Part shown: piece by piece, positions 1 to 12,000 of the stretch | Layout: each line of letters opens with the position of its first letter | Numbering within the stretch: the stretch's first letter is position 1 | Program-made: the position numbers and the translations under genes | NCBI RefSeq assembly: GCF_052425735.1 | Contig: NC_135770.1 | Location: forward strand, 620,001-684,000 | Source of the DNA: Oculina patagonica | Lineage: Eukaryota | DNA length: 64,000 bases | Direction of reading: 5' to 3' | Notes under the pieces: model-generated | Told to the model about the DNA's origin: nothing | Databases searched by the model: none | What the model saw: the letters and a program-made list of their open reading frames with translations, nothing else

Positions 1-21
1 TATTGGAAAAAGCATTTATAC

Positions 22-3000
22 CTGAGAGTCAGATGGAAGACTTTGCAATTCAATTTGATTCTGGTGAGTTGGTAATGACGCCTCCCAATCCTCCAGCTGT
101 GTGATTTCAGGTGGGAGGAGAAGGTCCTGAGCTTTATCATCTGGAACTACCAAACAAATAAAACTTGTCAATAACGTTTATCACATTATATAAACGTACA
201 TAACATTTATCACGTTATATGCAATAACATTTATAACATTCTGTTAAATTGATATTAAAAAAAACACAAACGGGAATACTGAATAACCTGAAGCCCCAAT
301 ATGAACTATAAATGGAAAGTACATCATTCTTGGGAGTGACAGTCAAAACGGCTAAAGTGTACTGCTTAAAAAGTGATCATTTGATGCAATGTTTGAATTT
401 TAAATGGAAAATGAAATTTATATTCAATTCAATTCAATTCAATCAACTTTATTATTATTAAAAGAGGGTAACGGCAAACAGTAAAAACTACTGACAAACA
501 AGCGGCCCTCGGATTACAAATTACAACTACATAATATATACAATTTAAAATTTGAATTAAAATACAGAAATTTTACACTCCTTCTTATTAAAGCGTGAAC
601 ACTTAAAATATGTCTGGAATGTTCTTTGTGTTTTAACCAATCACATGCGAGAACTTCAGACCGCAGAAACCACAAACAACGAATGATGGGTTTCCATCGG
701 TCACGGAACAATATTCGGTTCTCGTTTCGCTCCAATTTACAAGGAAACACTAATTGTAATTCCTTTCTTTTTGAGAACATTCACTGCCGTACTGAAGAAT
801 ATGTATGAGTGATTTTTTTATAGAAAAAATTGAAAAACCAATGCGCCCGATGCCACGATTTGCCCCAGTTGCCGCCAATTTTCAAAAATTGTAACGAATT
901 CGTTTCTGCAGTTACCGTTCGCCTGATGGCATGTTACAATTTGAACTGAGGTAAGCTTGCATTTTCCGGTTTTTATCTCACCCCAACTATTGTAGCAGAC
1001 CTAAACACTGATAGAAGGAAGGTTCGTTTCTTCGATATCAGCGAAACGATAGCGGAAAGGAAAAGCGAAAATCAAGCGATTGAGGTGTTTACTTTGCACC
1101 AATCTGTTATCACGGCAACATTTTGAATAATTTTCGTCTGGAGCCTTTACAGTTTGCAGTCTTACGATCACGGAACCTCTGATTGCCTTAGGGTTGAAAT
1201 CGTTTGCCGAAATAAATCGAATCCCTTGTTCTACCGAAAAGATTTACAATCAGTAACGAAAACTCCACAATTTTGTATTTTATTTTTGGTTTATCGTGTT
1301 TACATCTTATGTCTAGACGTGTCTACAACATACTGCATGCACTGAACCATGTCGTATAACGTCGCTGAAGGAACCGTCCTTTTTTTTTCCGTCAAAAATC
1401 CCTGAAACCTTGTTCTGGATGGCCCTCGATACGACAGAATAGCAGTTCTTTAAATTCCTGAAAAAGACAGAGCGTGTATCCTGAAACAAAATAAGAACTA
1501 AAGTTGCTCCGTGACCGATGGAAATCCATTTGTTGTTTGTGGTTTCTGCGGTCTGAAGTTCTCGCATGTGATTGGCTAAACATAAACATTCCAGACATAT
1601 TTTTTAGTGTTCACGCTTTTATAAGAAGGAGTGTAAAAATAGGGATTAAGAATTAAAAAACTGTAAAATGATGAATGTCCTTAAGGCTAGATGCGTAAAA
1701 ATCAATTAGGCCATTTTTAAAACAATGTAGACTCTCACTTTTCTTTAAGAAATTGGGAAGAGTGTTCCAAAGTCTAGTTGCTCTTATAAAAAAGAAACCT
1801 TCTCTGATTCACTGAATAGAGCGTTTTTTCTAACCACGATTGTGTAACGCAATTGTAATTTTCGCCGTTTCTATTTAAACCTTTTTCATTGACTGCTAGT
1901 TGCGAAAGGAAAAAACTGTTCAGCAACTACTTACTATTACCAAACTAGCATTTTTTTAGCATTTGACATGTTATTTTGATGCGTGTGTGGGATTAATCTT
2001 GACGACCTTCATTTACACCAGCCAACAACGCCACCACTGAATGGTGGGTAAGGACAGCAGGCCAAAACATCAAGCAATAGCTGGATCCGACTTACCTAAG
2101 TCAGGAGACCGTAGCTCTGTCACCAATTCCCTGAAAGACATTCTGTCCTGTGGAAGTTAAGGAAATAGTAATACAATGCTGATTGACATAGCCATCCTTT
2201 TAAAAATAATTTCGAACAACACAATTTGAAGTTGAGATTTAGATGAAATGGGTGATTTTGGCTTTAGGTTTATGTTATGAATTCGGCACAGTTAAAAGCA
2301 AGGTGAAAATTCCTGGCCTTCAGTGTACGATTGAGAGACATTGTGACCAGGTTTCAGTGTACGCATTACCGAGTAATGTCAAAGATGATATTATTCACGC
2401 ACTTTGCTTTCCCACAAGGATGAGAGGGTGTCCTCAAGATTCTCTGTCAAACGGCATGTTTTTGATTCTGTCGCTGAAGAAAAGTGTTTGAAAATCTAAA
2501 AGATTAAGGGCATTTGGCGGCTTATATAAAATTTACTGCTAGAAACTAGTATGAAATGTTTCCTAAAAATATCCTATATGTGATGCAAGGTTTGATCAAG
2601 AAACATTTTGCAATTTAGTTTTTCAGGTTTCGTTTGAGTTTATACTGCAAACATTTTTAGTTAGCTAGTGTAAACTGGTTGCATAAGAAACGAATGTTGA
2701 TTACACATCATAACTAACAACAACAACAAGCCAACCTTTGGTTCTGGCGCACAACATCTTTTTATCAGATTTCCGACATTGGCTGGGCAGTTTGGTCTGG
2801 AAAACAAGGTTTAAATCATAGGTATAATGAAAGCTCTATCAAAACCCAGTCAGTGAAGATTTCCTTTAATATTATTGTTGAATAAGCAGTTACTATAATT
2901 GAACTAAAACTGCATCAAAAATACGTGTTTCAACATAAACAAAATGGCAGGCTTTATGTTTTTTTATTCCAACAGGCCAAGGGATTTAGTTCAAGTTTTA

Positions 3001-6000
3001 CAGGAAGAGAGGTCTGATTCTAGGGAATAAATACTGAGAACTCGCCCAATACAGCCACAGAAGAGCTTCACTAACCTGTCTGGATTGAGATACTGTCCTT
3101 TCAAATACCTGCTCATGACCTGTAGGAGAAATGACTCTACTGATTAATCAAGTACTCATCACTGTGGGTCCGGGGACTGGGAAAAGAATAAGCAGCAGAG
3201 GGATGAAACACAGACGTCAGGGTCCCGATTTTCGGTCCTGCACCACAAATTCATAATTTCATTTCTTCTTACTTTGGACAACGACTGACTCACTGCGATT
3301 TTTATGGGAATAACAATTGAAATGGAGAAGAAGCAGAAAGAAAGATCTTGGAACTTCTAAGGATACGTTTAACTTAAGCTGACGCCTCTCACTGCAAGTC
3401 TACGAACTGTGTGCAGGTGTAGCAATCATGGAACATGATTGCACATGATGGAGCAATCATGATGGAGCAATCATGGAACATTATCTTAACATCGAGTGAC
3501 AACTGATGGCTTCAAACTATACTAGTTGTAACTGAATGTAACATATAGCTGCTATGTCTAGTTGCACAATCTTAACGTTAACACACTGTTGTTAATTGTA
3601 ATACTGTTCTTCTTTTTATCTCTACTTCACTATCTGCACTGATATTTCCACTCACTACATGGTAGTTAACTCACACCTGACATGTGACTTATGAACAGCA
3701 GAGCAACAGAAATATTTACCTCTTTTTCTGTCAATACTTGTTCTGTGAGAGAGCAGTGAAATGGCCGTTTCATGGCCAACATTTCCCAGAGCGTAACTCC
3801 AAATGACCAGATGTCACTCTCCACATTGAAGGTGTGATCGAGCAGAGACTGGGGCGAAAACCAGCAGTACCTATTACAATCATGAACAAAGTTAATAGTT
3901 TCTGAAGAAAATGCTGTTCTTCGTCCATGGGCAATTGAAAACTTAGTTGATTATCAACCGGAAGTTGATAAAGGTAAATAAACTGCTGTAGCGAATTAAA
4001 AGCTGTCCTTTCGAGTGTATGAAATGCCAGCTTTTCATAATTTGCTTCGGTGGTTTAGCTATCATTAGTATAAACTAAAAGAGTGGATAGCGCTTTTTGC
4101 ACGCGCTGATTGGCTACTCAAACTCACTTTATTTAAAATAGAAAATAAATAAATAAAGAAAAATTAGCTCTCGATCATGTCTGGTTGTTGTTACGCCACG
4201 TTTCGCCGTCTGCCGCCACTTAGGGTTAGGGTTAGGGTTAGGCCCTAATGGTCTGCCATCCACCCCCCCTTTCGAAATCCTGGATCCGCCCCTGCAGGCT
4301 CCAATATGATGTCTTCGCTTTTGCAATAAACATATGTTTTGGTCACCTTACTTTTAGCAAGCACTGAAACTCAATCCAAAAGAGAGTTTCCAGGGCCTGG
4401 AGGGTACTTGTATATCCATTGTTGGTATCTGATGTTTCAACAACTGGAGCTGAAGCCATCTTTAAAGGGGCTAGGTCACGGTATGTTAGGCTATTCTATT
4501 TATTTTCGTTAATTAAGGGCTCTAAACTTCAAATTGGTAAAGCTAAAGTCTTTTATTGGCAAAATCACGGCCACATAAAAAATAAGGATGATTTTTGAGC
4601 ATTGTAAATGACACTTTCATACAAATTGAGATAAACTTTGAAAAAGTCGGGCCGACGTTTTTCAAGTTTACCCGAACGCAGTCCGTTTTAATCTTCTCGA
4701 ATTTTGCCCATCCATGCCCCTTTTTGGCCTTTCTATGTTTCTTTTGAGTTATTCTACAGTTTTAAGCCGTTATTGTGATATTTCAGTTAATTTTACAAAC
4801 AGTTGGTCAGTGCCGAAATTGCATAAAATTGCGTGACATAGCCCCTTTAAAGTTAAGTGAGTGGTTTTTTTTTTAATTTGATACAGTCACTGTTACTCAC
4901 CCATGTCCTCTTCTGGCAGCGTGGAAGAAGCTCTGTCCATTTTTGACAAGGTGCAAGAGCCCAAAATCACTGATCTTCACACATTCTTCATGGGCAACTA
5001 CCACATTGTGTGCATTCAGGCGGCCATGAACGCAATTCTGAGAATGAAATCCAGCCGAGAGATAAAATGTAAGAAAGTTCTATTGCCTGACCTTTTATTC
5101 CAAACGATCACCTTAATAAAAGGGAGGTAGTTTTAACGGTACAAGCTAATCTTCTTGCAAATACGTTCTCAATAAGCAGTAGCTACATGTACAGTAATCT
5201 GGGCAAAGACTAGATGAAACATAAGGTAGTCTCAAATATGAAAATCAGAAGTTTGCCTCATACTATGATACGTTTGGACGCTGGTGACAATACATATCTT
5301 GTTCATTCTTCACTTGAGACAAGATAAGATGAGACGAGACAGGACGAGATGAGATAAGAAAAGATAAAATAAGAATGTTTTTTTACCTTGCTGTGCAAGA
5401 ACATCATTCCCTCTGCAATCTGCGCAGCGTAAGAGATGACTCTTCCTTTGCTAATGCCACCTTCCTTTTTACTACAAGAACATAATAAGAATAACACAAC
5501 TCAATTCTTTCCTTTTTTTTAAACAAGTACCATCGTTTAAGAAATATTACATTGAAAAAGATATAATGTTCATTGCCACAAGCGTGGGACAAGGAAAAAA
5601 TCTGAGTCAGAATCTGAGTCTGCATCTTTCTTCTTTTTCCCACTCTCATGAAATAACAAACATTTTATCTCTCTGTTAACTGTTACCAGCTACACCGCAA
5701 TGCACTAACATCCCATCAGGTAGAGTAGCAATACTCCTATAGCCGCTTTTGTGCTATGGCAATCGGGACAAGCTGCAGTGGCATGGGCCACTTAATGGCC
5801 TGAGTACTTACTTAACTTAGCATCAAGTATCGGAGTAAAAGTTACCTTTCAGTCTTTATGTACTGATCTAGAGGACCTTCTGCTGCGAACTCAAACACAA
5901 AGATCAGGGCTTTTTCTGTCTGCACAATGCCATAAAACAGAGTCAGATAGGGATTCTGAAGTTCCAAAAAGGTGCGCATGGCTTCCTTGAAGTTTTTGAT

Positions 6001-9000
6001 TTTCTGTAACACAAAGGGGTGAAAACATTACCAGCAAACTGACACACCAAATTATTTTTATATTCTACACTTCTCATCTCCTCAAAATTAATGCCTGGAG
6101 TTTAGCAGTACAACAGCTCCTTAACATTTCGTAAATTGTCACCTTAAAGAGGCTATGTCACGCAATTTTAGGCAATTTCGGTACTAACCAACTGGTCATA
6201 GAATTAAATGAAATGTCACAATGACGGCTTTAAACCGTAGCAGAACTCAAGAGAAACACAGAAAGGCCAAAAAGGGGCATGGATGGGCAAAACGGATTGC
6301 GTTTGGGTAAACTTGAAAAACGGTCGGCCTGACTTTTTTCATGTTTATCTCAATGTGTTTGAAAGTGACATTTACAGTGCACGAACATTATCCTTGTTTG
6401 TTATGTAGCCGTAATTTTGTCAAAAAAGACTTTTGCTCCGCCAATTCAAAGTTTAGAGCTCTTAATTACCAAAAAGAAATAAAATTACCTAAAATACCGC
6501 GATCTATAGCTAGTCTTTTTAAGCATCAGAGCTTTAAGGCTTTTGTTAGCAACAAACGTGTAGAAACTACTTGGCCTGGCTTGTAAAAATGACTTATAAG
6601 GGATAGTCAAAAAATAATCAAGGAAAAAAACTGTACTCAGAAACAAGCAAACAAACAGACAAGTTACAACAACATACCTCTCTTCCAATAGGTTTCACCA
6701 GTGCCCTTGACACCACATACACAAGCTCATTATCAGCAGTGGCACAAGTCCACGAACCCTTCTTCACTTCACCAAACTCACCCTAGCAAATGTTTTAAAG
6801 CTAAAATGTTAGTCTTAGGTAAGATATATTTTGGGGCCAATGGGTACAGGTTGGTTAGATTTGTGGTAAAAAGCCGTTTTTTGTTGAGTTAGAACAGTTT
6901 TCAATTGAGTGTTGTAAAACCAAAACCAGAGTAGTCACTCTGGCCAATCACAAAGGACACAGACAATTCAGTGAACCAATCAAAGCTTGAAGCAAATACA
7001 TGTAGCCGGCACAAAGCGCGAGAAAACGTGCACAAGCGAGTCATGATTGGCTTTTGGTTTTACATCTGATTGGCTGAGAAAGTGGCGCAAGGGTTTAAAA
7101 CCAATTACAAACCATAGTAATGCAAAACCAATGCAAACGCGAATTACTTTTGACACTCAAGTGAAAACCGCTCTATTATTAAAAATTAAAATCTACATTG
7201 TAAAGATCACAAATAACAGGAAGTAATGTTTTACCAATGTTGATAATGAATTTCCAGGCTCTAGTATCAAATTGTCAATTTGGTTAGCGGCATCAACTAG
7301 GTGAACTTCTGGTACTGCAGGTGCCAAGACCTGGCGGTCCAACAATGCGGCTAAACCTGAAAAGTAATTAAAATTATTAACATACAGCTAGCTCAAATGT
7401 CATGTCGTTCCAAGAGTCATTCTAACTCCCAAGAGTGATGCATAAATCACGAAACTGCTCTAATCATCTTGCATTTTTGTAAGAACCCGACAACCAGAGA
7501 TGCTTTGTTGAAGCGGGATAGATCTTTCTCATAATTGTGAACTGTCTTTGTATGAGCAAGCGATGTTGAGGACAGTTCACGATTTTGAGAAAGATCTATC
7601 CTGCTCATATCATCCAGTGAGACCCAAACTGCGGAGGAGTGATTAAAACTGATTGTCATTTTTTTTAAATTATTTCACATCACATGGCTAATTTATTATA
7701 GACTTCATAATCTGAAATATAGATCTTAGTTCCCCTGCTTGCATTTAACTGAAAAGTTTAATTTGAAAGTCGGTTGGTTGGTAAGAAGAGGCATCTACTA
7801 TAAACGAACTATTTATTGCAAATTTCTTGACATTTGTCTTTTATTACCTTCAGTCTTTGGTCGGAGTATCTGTTTTAAGCAGACCAGGAGTCCATCCTAA
7901 GAATAAATGTAACATATACCGGTAAATTTTATATCAATTCCAACTTTGGGTTGACCATATGTCTATAGCCAACAGACAAGCAAAAATCAGTCAACCAATT
8001 GTGGATATACAAGTAGCCAAAATAAGCCATTAAAGGGACAGTTTCACCGTGATTTAGTGCTACTTGAAATCCAGTGAAGGTGTTGGTATTAATAGGAAAT
8101 CCACTAATTGTGGCTTGGCCTTATTCAAACGTACTGTACTAGTCATGAAAATTGTAAAAAGGTGGTGTGGCTATGGGTGGGTAGGAAAAAGGAAGCCTAA
8201 AACTTGAAAAAGATGGGTCGACGTTTTCAAGTTTGACAGAGTTTCTTGGAAGAAAAACACATAAAAACCACTGATTACGGTTTATGCACATCTTGGAGAA
8301 TGAATTTATGCCTTTCTTATTTTTATTTTTTAAAGGTTATTTTGTTGTTCAGTGAGTGTACCCTCACAGTTCTAGCATAGTTCACACAAAAAAACTTAGA
8401 AGACTTCTGTGACACTGTCCCTTTAAATGCTACCAGACCTAAATCTGGTGGTCTTAAAGTCCTTTTATTATTTTTTTATTATTATTTATTATTACATGAA
8501 AATGGTGCAAAATGAGGGCTCTTAAACTTGTGTAGGACACAAAAACATGCAGGTGGTCTGAGAACCTAATACCTAATGCTAACACTGCACCTTTAATTGC
8601 ACTGCCTCGTATTTGTTCACTCTTCTCTTGAGTTTGGATAATTATAAGTGAGATGCACAAAAGTAATATTTACTATCAATAAACATAGTATGTCAAGGGC
8701 CGACTGATCTCCGATAGCACGAGAATTATTGATGACATCATGTCTTATACCAAAGTTAATGACTTAAGTGGACTGCTTGTCGCGATCGATTTCGAGAAGG
8801 CGTTTGACTCTCTTGACTGGGCTTTTTTAAATAAGGCCCTACTGGCTTTCAATTTCGGTGAATCTTTTATCAAGTGGGTAAGCACATTTTATTGTAACAT
8901 TAAAAGCTGTGTTACAAACAACGGCTTCTCCTCCGTTCATTTTGACGTCAAGCGAGGAGTTAGGCAAGGTGACCCTTTGTCTCCGTACCTCTTCATTATT

Positions 9001-12000
9001 GCTCTCGAGATACTTGCTATAAATATTAGAAGCAGTAAAAATATTAAAGGCTTTAAACTTTCAGATAACGAAGAAATTAAGTTAACCATTTTCGCTGATG
9101 ATCTGACGACTTTCTTGAAAGATAAACAATCTTTCGAAAATCTTTTAATAATGTTGCGAGATTTTGGATGCTGCTCGGGCCTTAAAGTAAATAACGGTAA
9201 ATTAGAGGCTCTCCATCTTGGCGACTCGTCCATAAAGCTTGATATCGGTATTAAAAATATGGATAAACCTTTAAAGATACTTGGCATCTTTTTCTCATAT
9301 GATAAGAAGCAAGCCGTTAAATTAAATTTTGATTCAATCCTGGATTCGCTGAAAAAGACTCTTAATCTGTGGAAGTGGAGACATTTAACCATTCTTGGAA
9401 GAATTCAAATTATAAAATCGTTTGCTATCCCTAAATTCCTGTATAGAGCGTCGCAGTTACCTTTTCCAGATGACGTTATCAAGAGAGCGAATACGATCAT
9501 CTACGAATTTATTTGGAAAGGTAAAGACAAAGTGAAAAGACGTGCTTTGATTAATAATATTGAGAACGGTGGATTAAGAATGATACATTTAGAATCCCTT
9601 ATTCAAGCACAGAAGATATCCTTTTTGAAACGGTACTCTGATCCGGAAGATGGTGCCGAATGGAAACATGTTCTCAACTTTTTTCTACAGCCTGTGGGAG
9701 GCCCATACCTCTTAACATGCAATTTTGATTCAAGTTCTTTGAAAATTGCTATCCCCCCATTTTATAACGAATGTTTGACCTTATGGTCAAAATTAAATGG
9801 TTCAATGCCTGAAACAAGTGATGAAATTTTAAACGAAATAATTTGGAATAATAAACACATCTGTATAAATAATAAATCATGTTTTATTAGCGAACTGATG
9901 GATATAGGTATAAACAAAATTGGTGACATTATTAAACTGGATGGGACATGTAAATTTTTGACATGGAATGATTTGCATAACAAAGGTCTTAAAATGAAAA
10001 ACTTTCTTTTGTGGCAAGGTCTAATCGATGCAATACCAGTTAAATGGAAACAAGCTATTAAGTCCACGACAGGTCCTTATATCTTGAACTCGGATTCAAA
10101 TGAATCCACTTTAACTATTAATTCAGTTAAAGTACCCACATCAAAAGTAAATTCCAAAAAACTGTATGCGAGTCTGGTCTCAAGGGTTTGTGAAAAACCA
10201 ACAGCACAAAGGAAATTCGATGAAATGTTCCCTGACCCTAAGCGTGATTGGAGTAAAATATACAGCTTGCCTTTCCAGGTTGCGTTAGATGCGCACACAA
10301 GAGAATTTCAATACAAAGTGGTTAATAGAATCTTATTTACAAATTCTAAATTGTGTAAGTTTGGCTTGGTGGAGTCGCCTTTGTGCACCTTTTGTGGAGA
10401 GGAGGAAGAAACCCCTGAACATTTGTTTGCATTATGTTCTTATTCTAGTGCCTTTTGGAATGAAATTTCCAACTGGCTGCAACAGTGTGTCACTGGAATT
10501 AGTGTTGATTTGTCAGAAGTAGTCAATGTTATACTTGGTTTGCCTGATCTCGAGGAACATTTTATGGCTGTAAACCACATAGTTCTTGTGGCAAAACAAA
10601 CAATTGTACTTTGTAGGAAGAGATCTACTAATCCCAGTTTGAATGTCTTCCATGCTCTACTAAGGAAAACTATTAAAATAGAAGAATTTATTGCTAAGCA
10701 GAAAAATAAATTGCACCTCCATTTAGTTAAATGGGAAAATTTTTTAGATAAACTTATTTAAAGTAAATGTATGCAACGTCTGCCATTTTTCGTTCTTTTT
10801 TTGAATTTATTTTTTTTGTTTTTTTTTTGTTTGTTTTGTTTTTGTTATTTTTGTTATTTTTTTTGTTATTTATTTATTTATTTATTTTTTTTTTTAGTAT
10901 AACTGTTCCCAGAGTAATTGTAGTAGTATTTCAAAATTAAAAATTGTAACTGTAGTGCACCCGTAACTATGTATTTTTTCAAAGTGTAATTGTACTTCAA
11001 ACTTCTGTATCTGTATCTATATCTGTGCTTGTAACTGTATATTTAATTTAATAAAGTATTAAATTATAAAAAAAAAAATCAATAAACATAGTGGCTTTAC
11101 CGCTGCCAGCTTGTGATGTTCGACAAGTCCCAACAAGTCTGAAAATCCTTTCTTTGATCCCTTGAGGTGATAAAATCCAGGTTCAGTGGAGGTATCCCAC
11201 ACAATATCATAGTTCATTACTTTTTCTCCCACGTACACTGACAGAACAAGGTTAAAGTGTTCACTTCGTTTCTTTCGTAGCAAAAAGGAACCATCTTCTT
11301 TGCATCGTTTCAGTAACAGATATTCCCCCAGCTTACGCCTGGAGAAACAAAATTATACGTCAATAATTAATTTGCAGTTAGCTAATTACAAGTCTTCTCT
11401 ACTGACCTGTTTCTAAAGTCACTGACCTGATGTCGCTTGATTTTTTGCCAAATTTGAATACAGTAAATACCAAATTGCATCTTTTTGGTATGCTTCAGGG
11501 ACATCAGGTCTGATTCAGGTCTCACCGTTGGAGTTTTGGCTGAACTATGTTAGGCTAAAATACCAACTGTGGCTTGACCAAACTCGTCTGATATTTCACC
11601 AAAGCACAACAAATAGGTATGATTAGATATATGAAGGAAGATTGAATCCTGTTGGTACCCATCTGTGGTAGCATTGAACTCCTGATCCAGTGGTGGAGGT
11701 TCAATCCCATGTTGGGGTCACTGTGTTGTGTCCTTGGACAAGACAGGAGTACAAAAGGGTACTATAGCTGCAAAAATGTTTGGGGTTACAACCCCCAGGG
11801 GGGTACTTGCAGTATACATGACAGAGGGGGGGGGGGTCCGACGGAGCTTCATATTGCAAACCCAAAAAAATACATGAGCCTGATATTTTACACCCAAAAA
11901 AATACCTGGCATCAAAATTTTCTAGCCCAAAAGGTACAAGACCTAGAACCTCGATACTGATTTATTCAATCAAACAGACTTTAAGACCTATAAAAAAATA

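Noticed and set aside
4220-4242. (TTAGGG)n telomeric repeat as a fusion scar
   Set aside because: Fewer than four units, one orientation only, embedded among transposon fragments.
7447-7659. 70-aa intronic ORF
   Set aside because: No recognisable motif, and not needed for the JAK reading frame.
8454-8660. Minus-strand ORF as an extra JAK exon
   Set aside because: The SH2 exon (phase 0) joins directly to 7896 (HHKLAA-DGLLVCL), completing the domain. No convincing splice sites.
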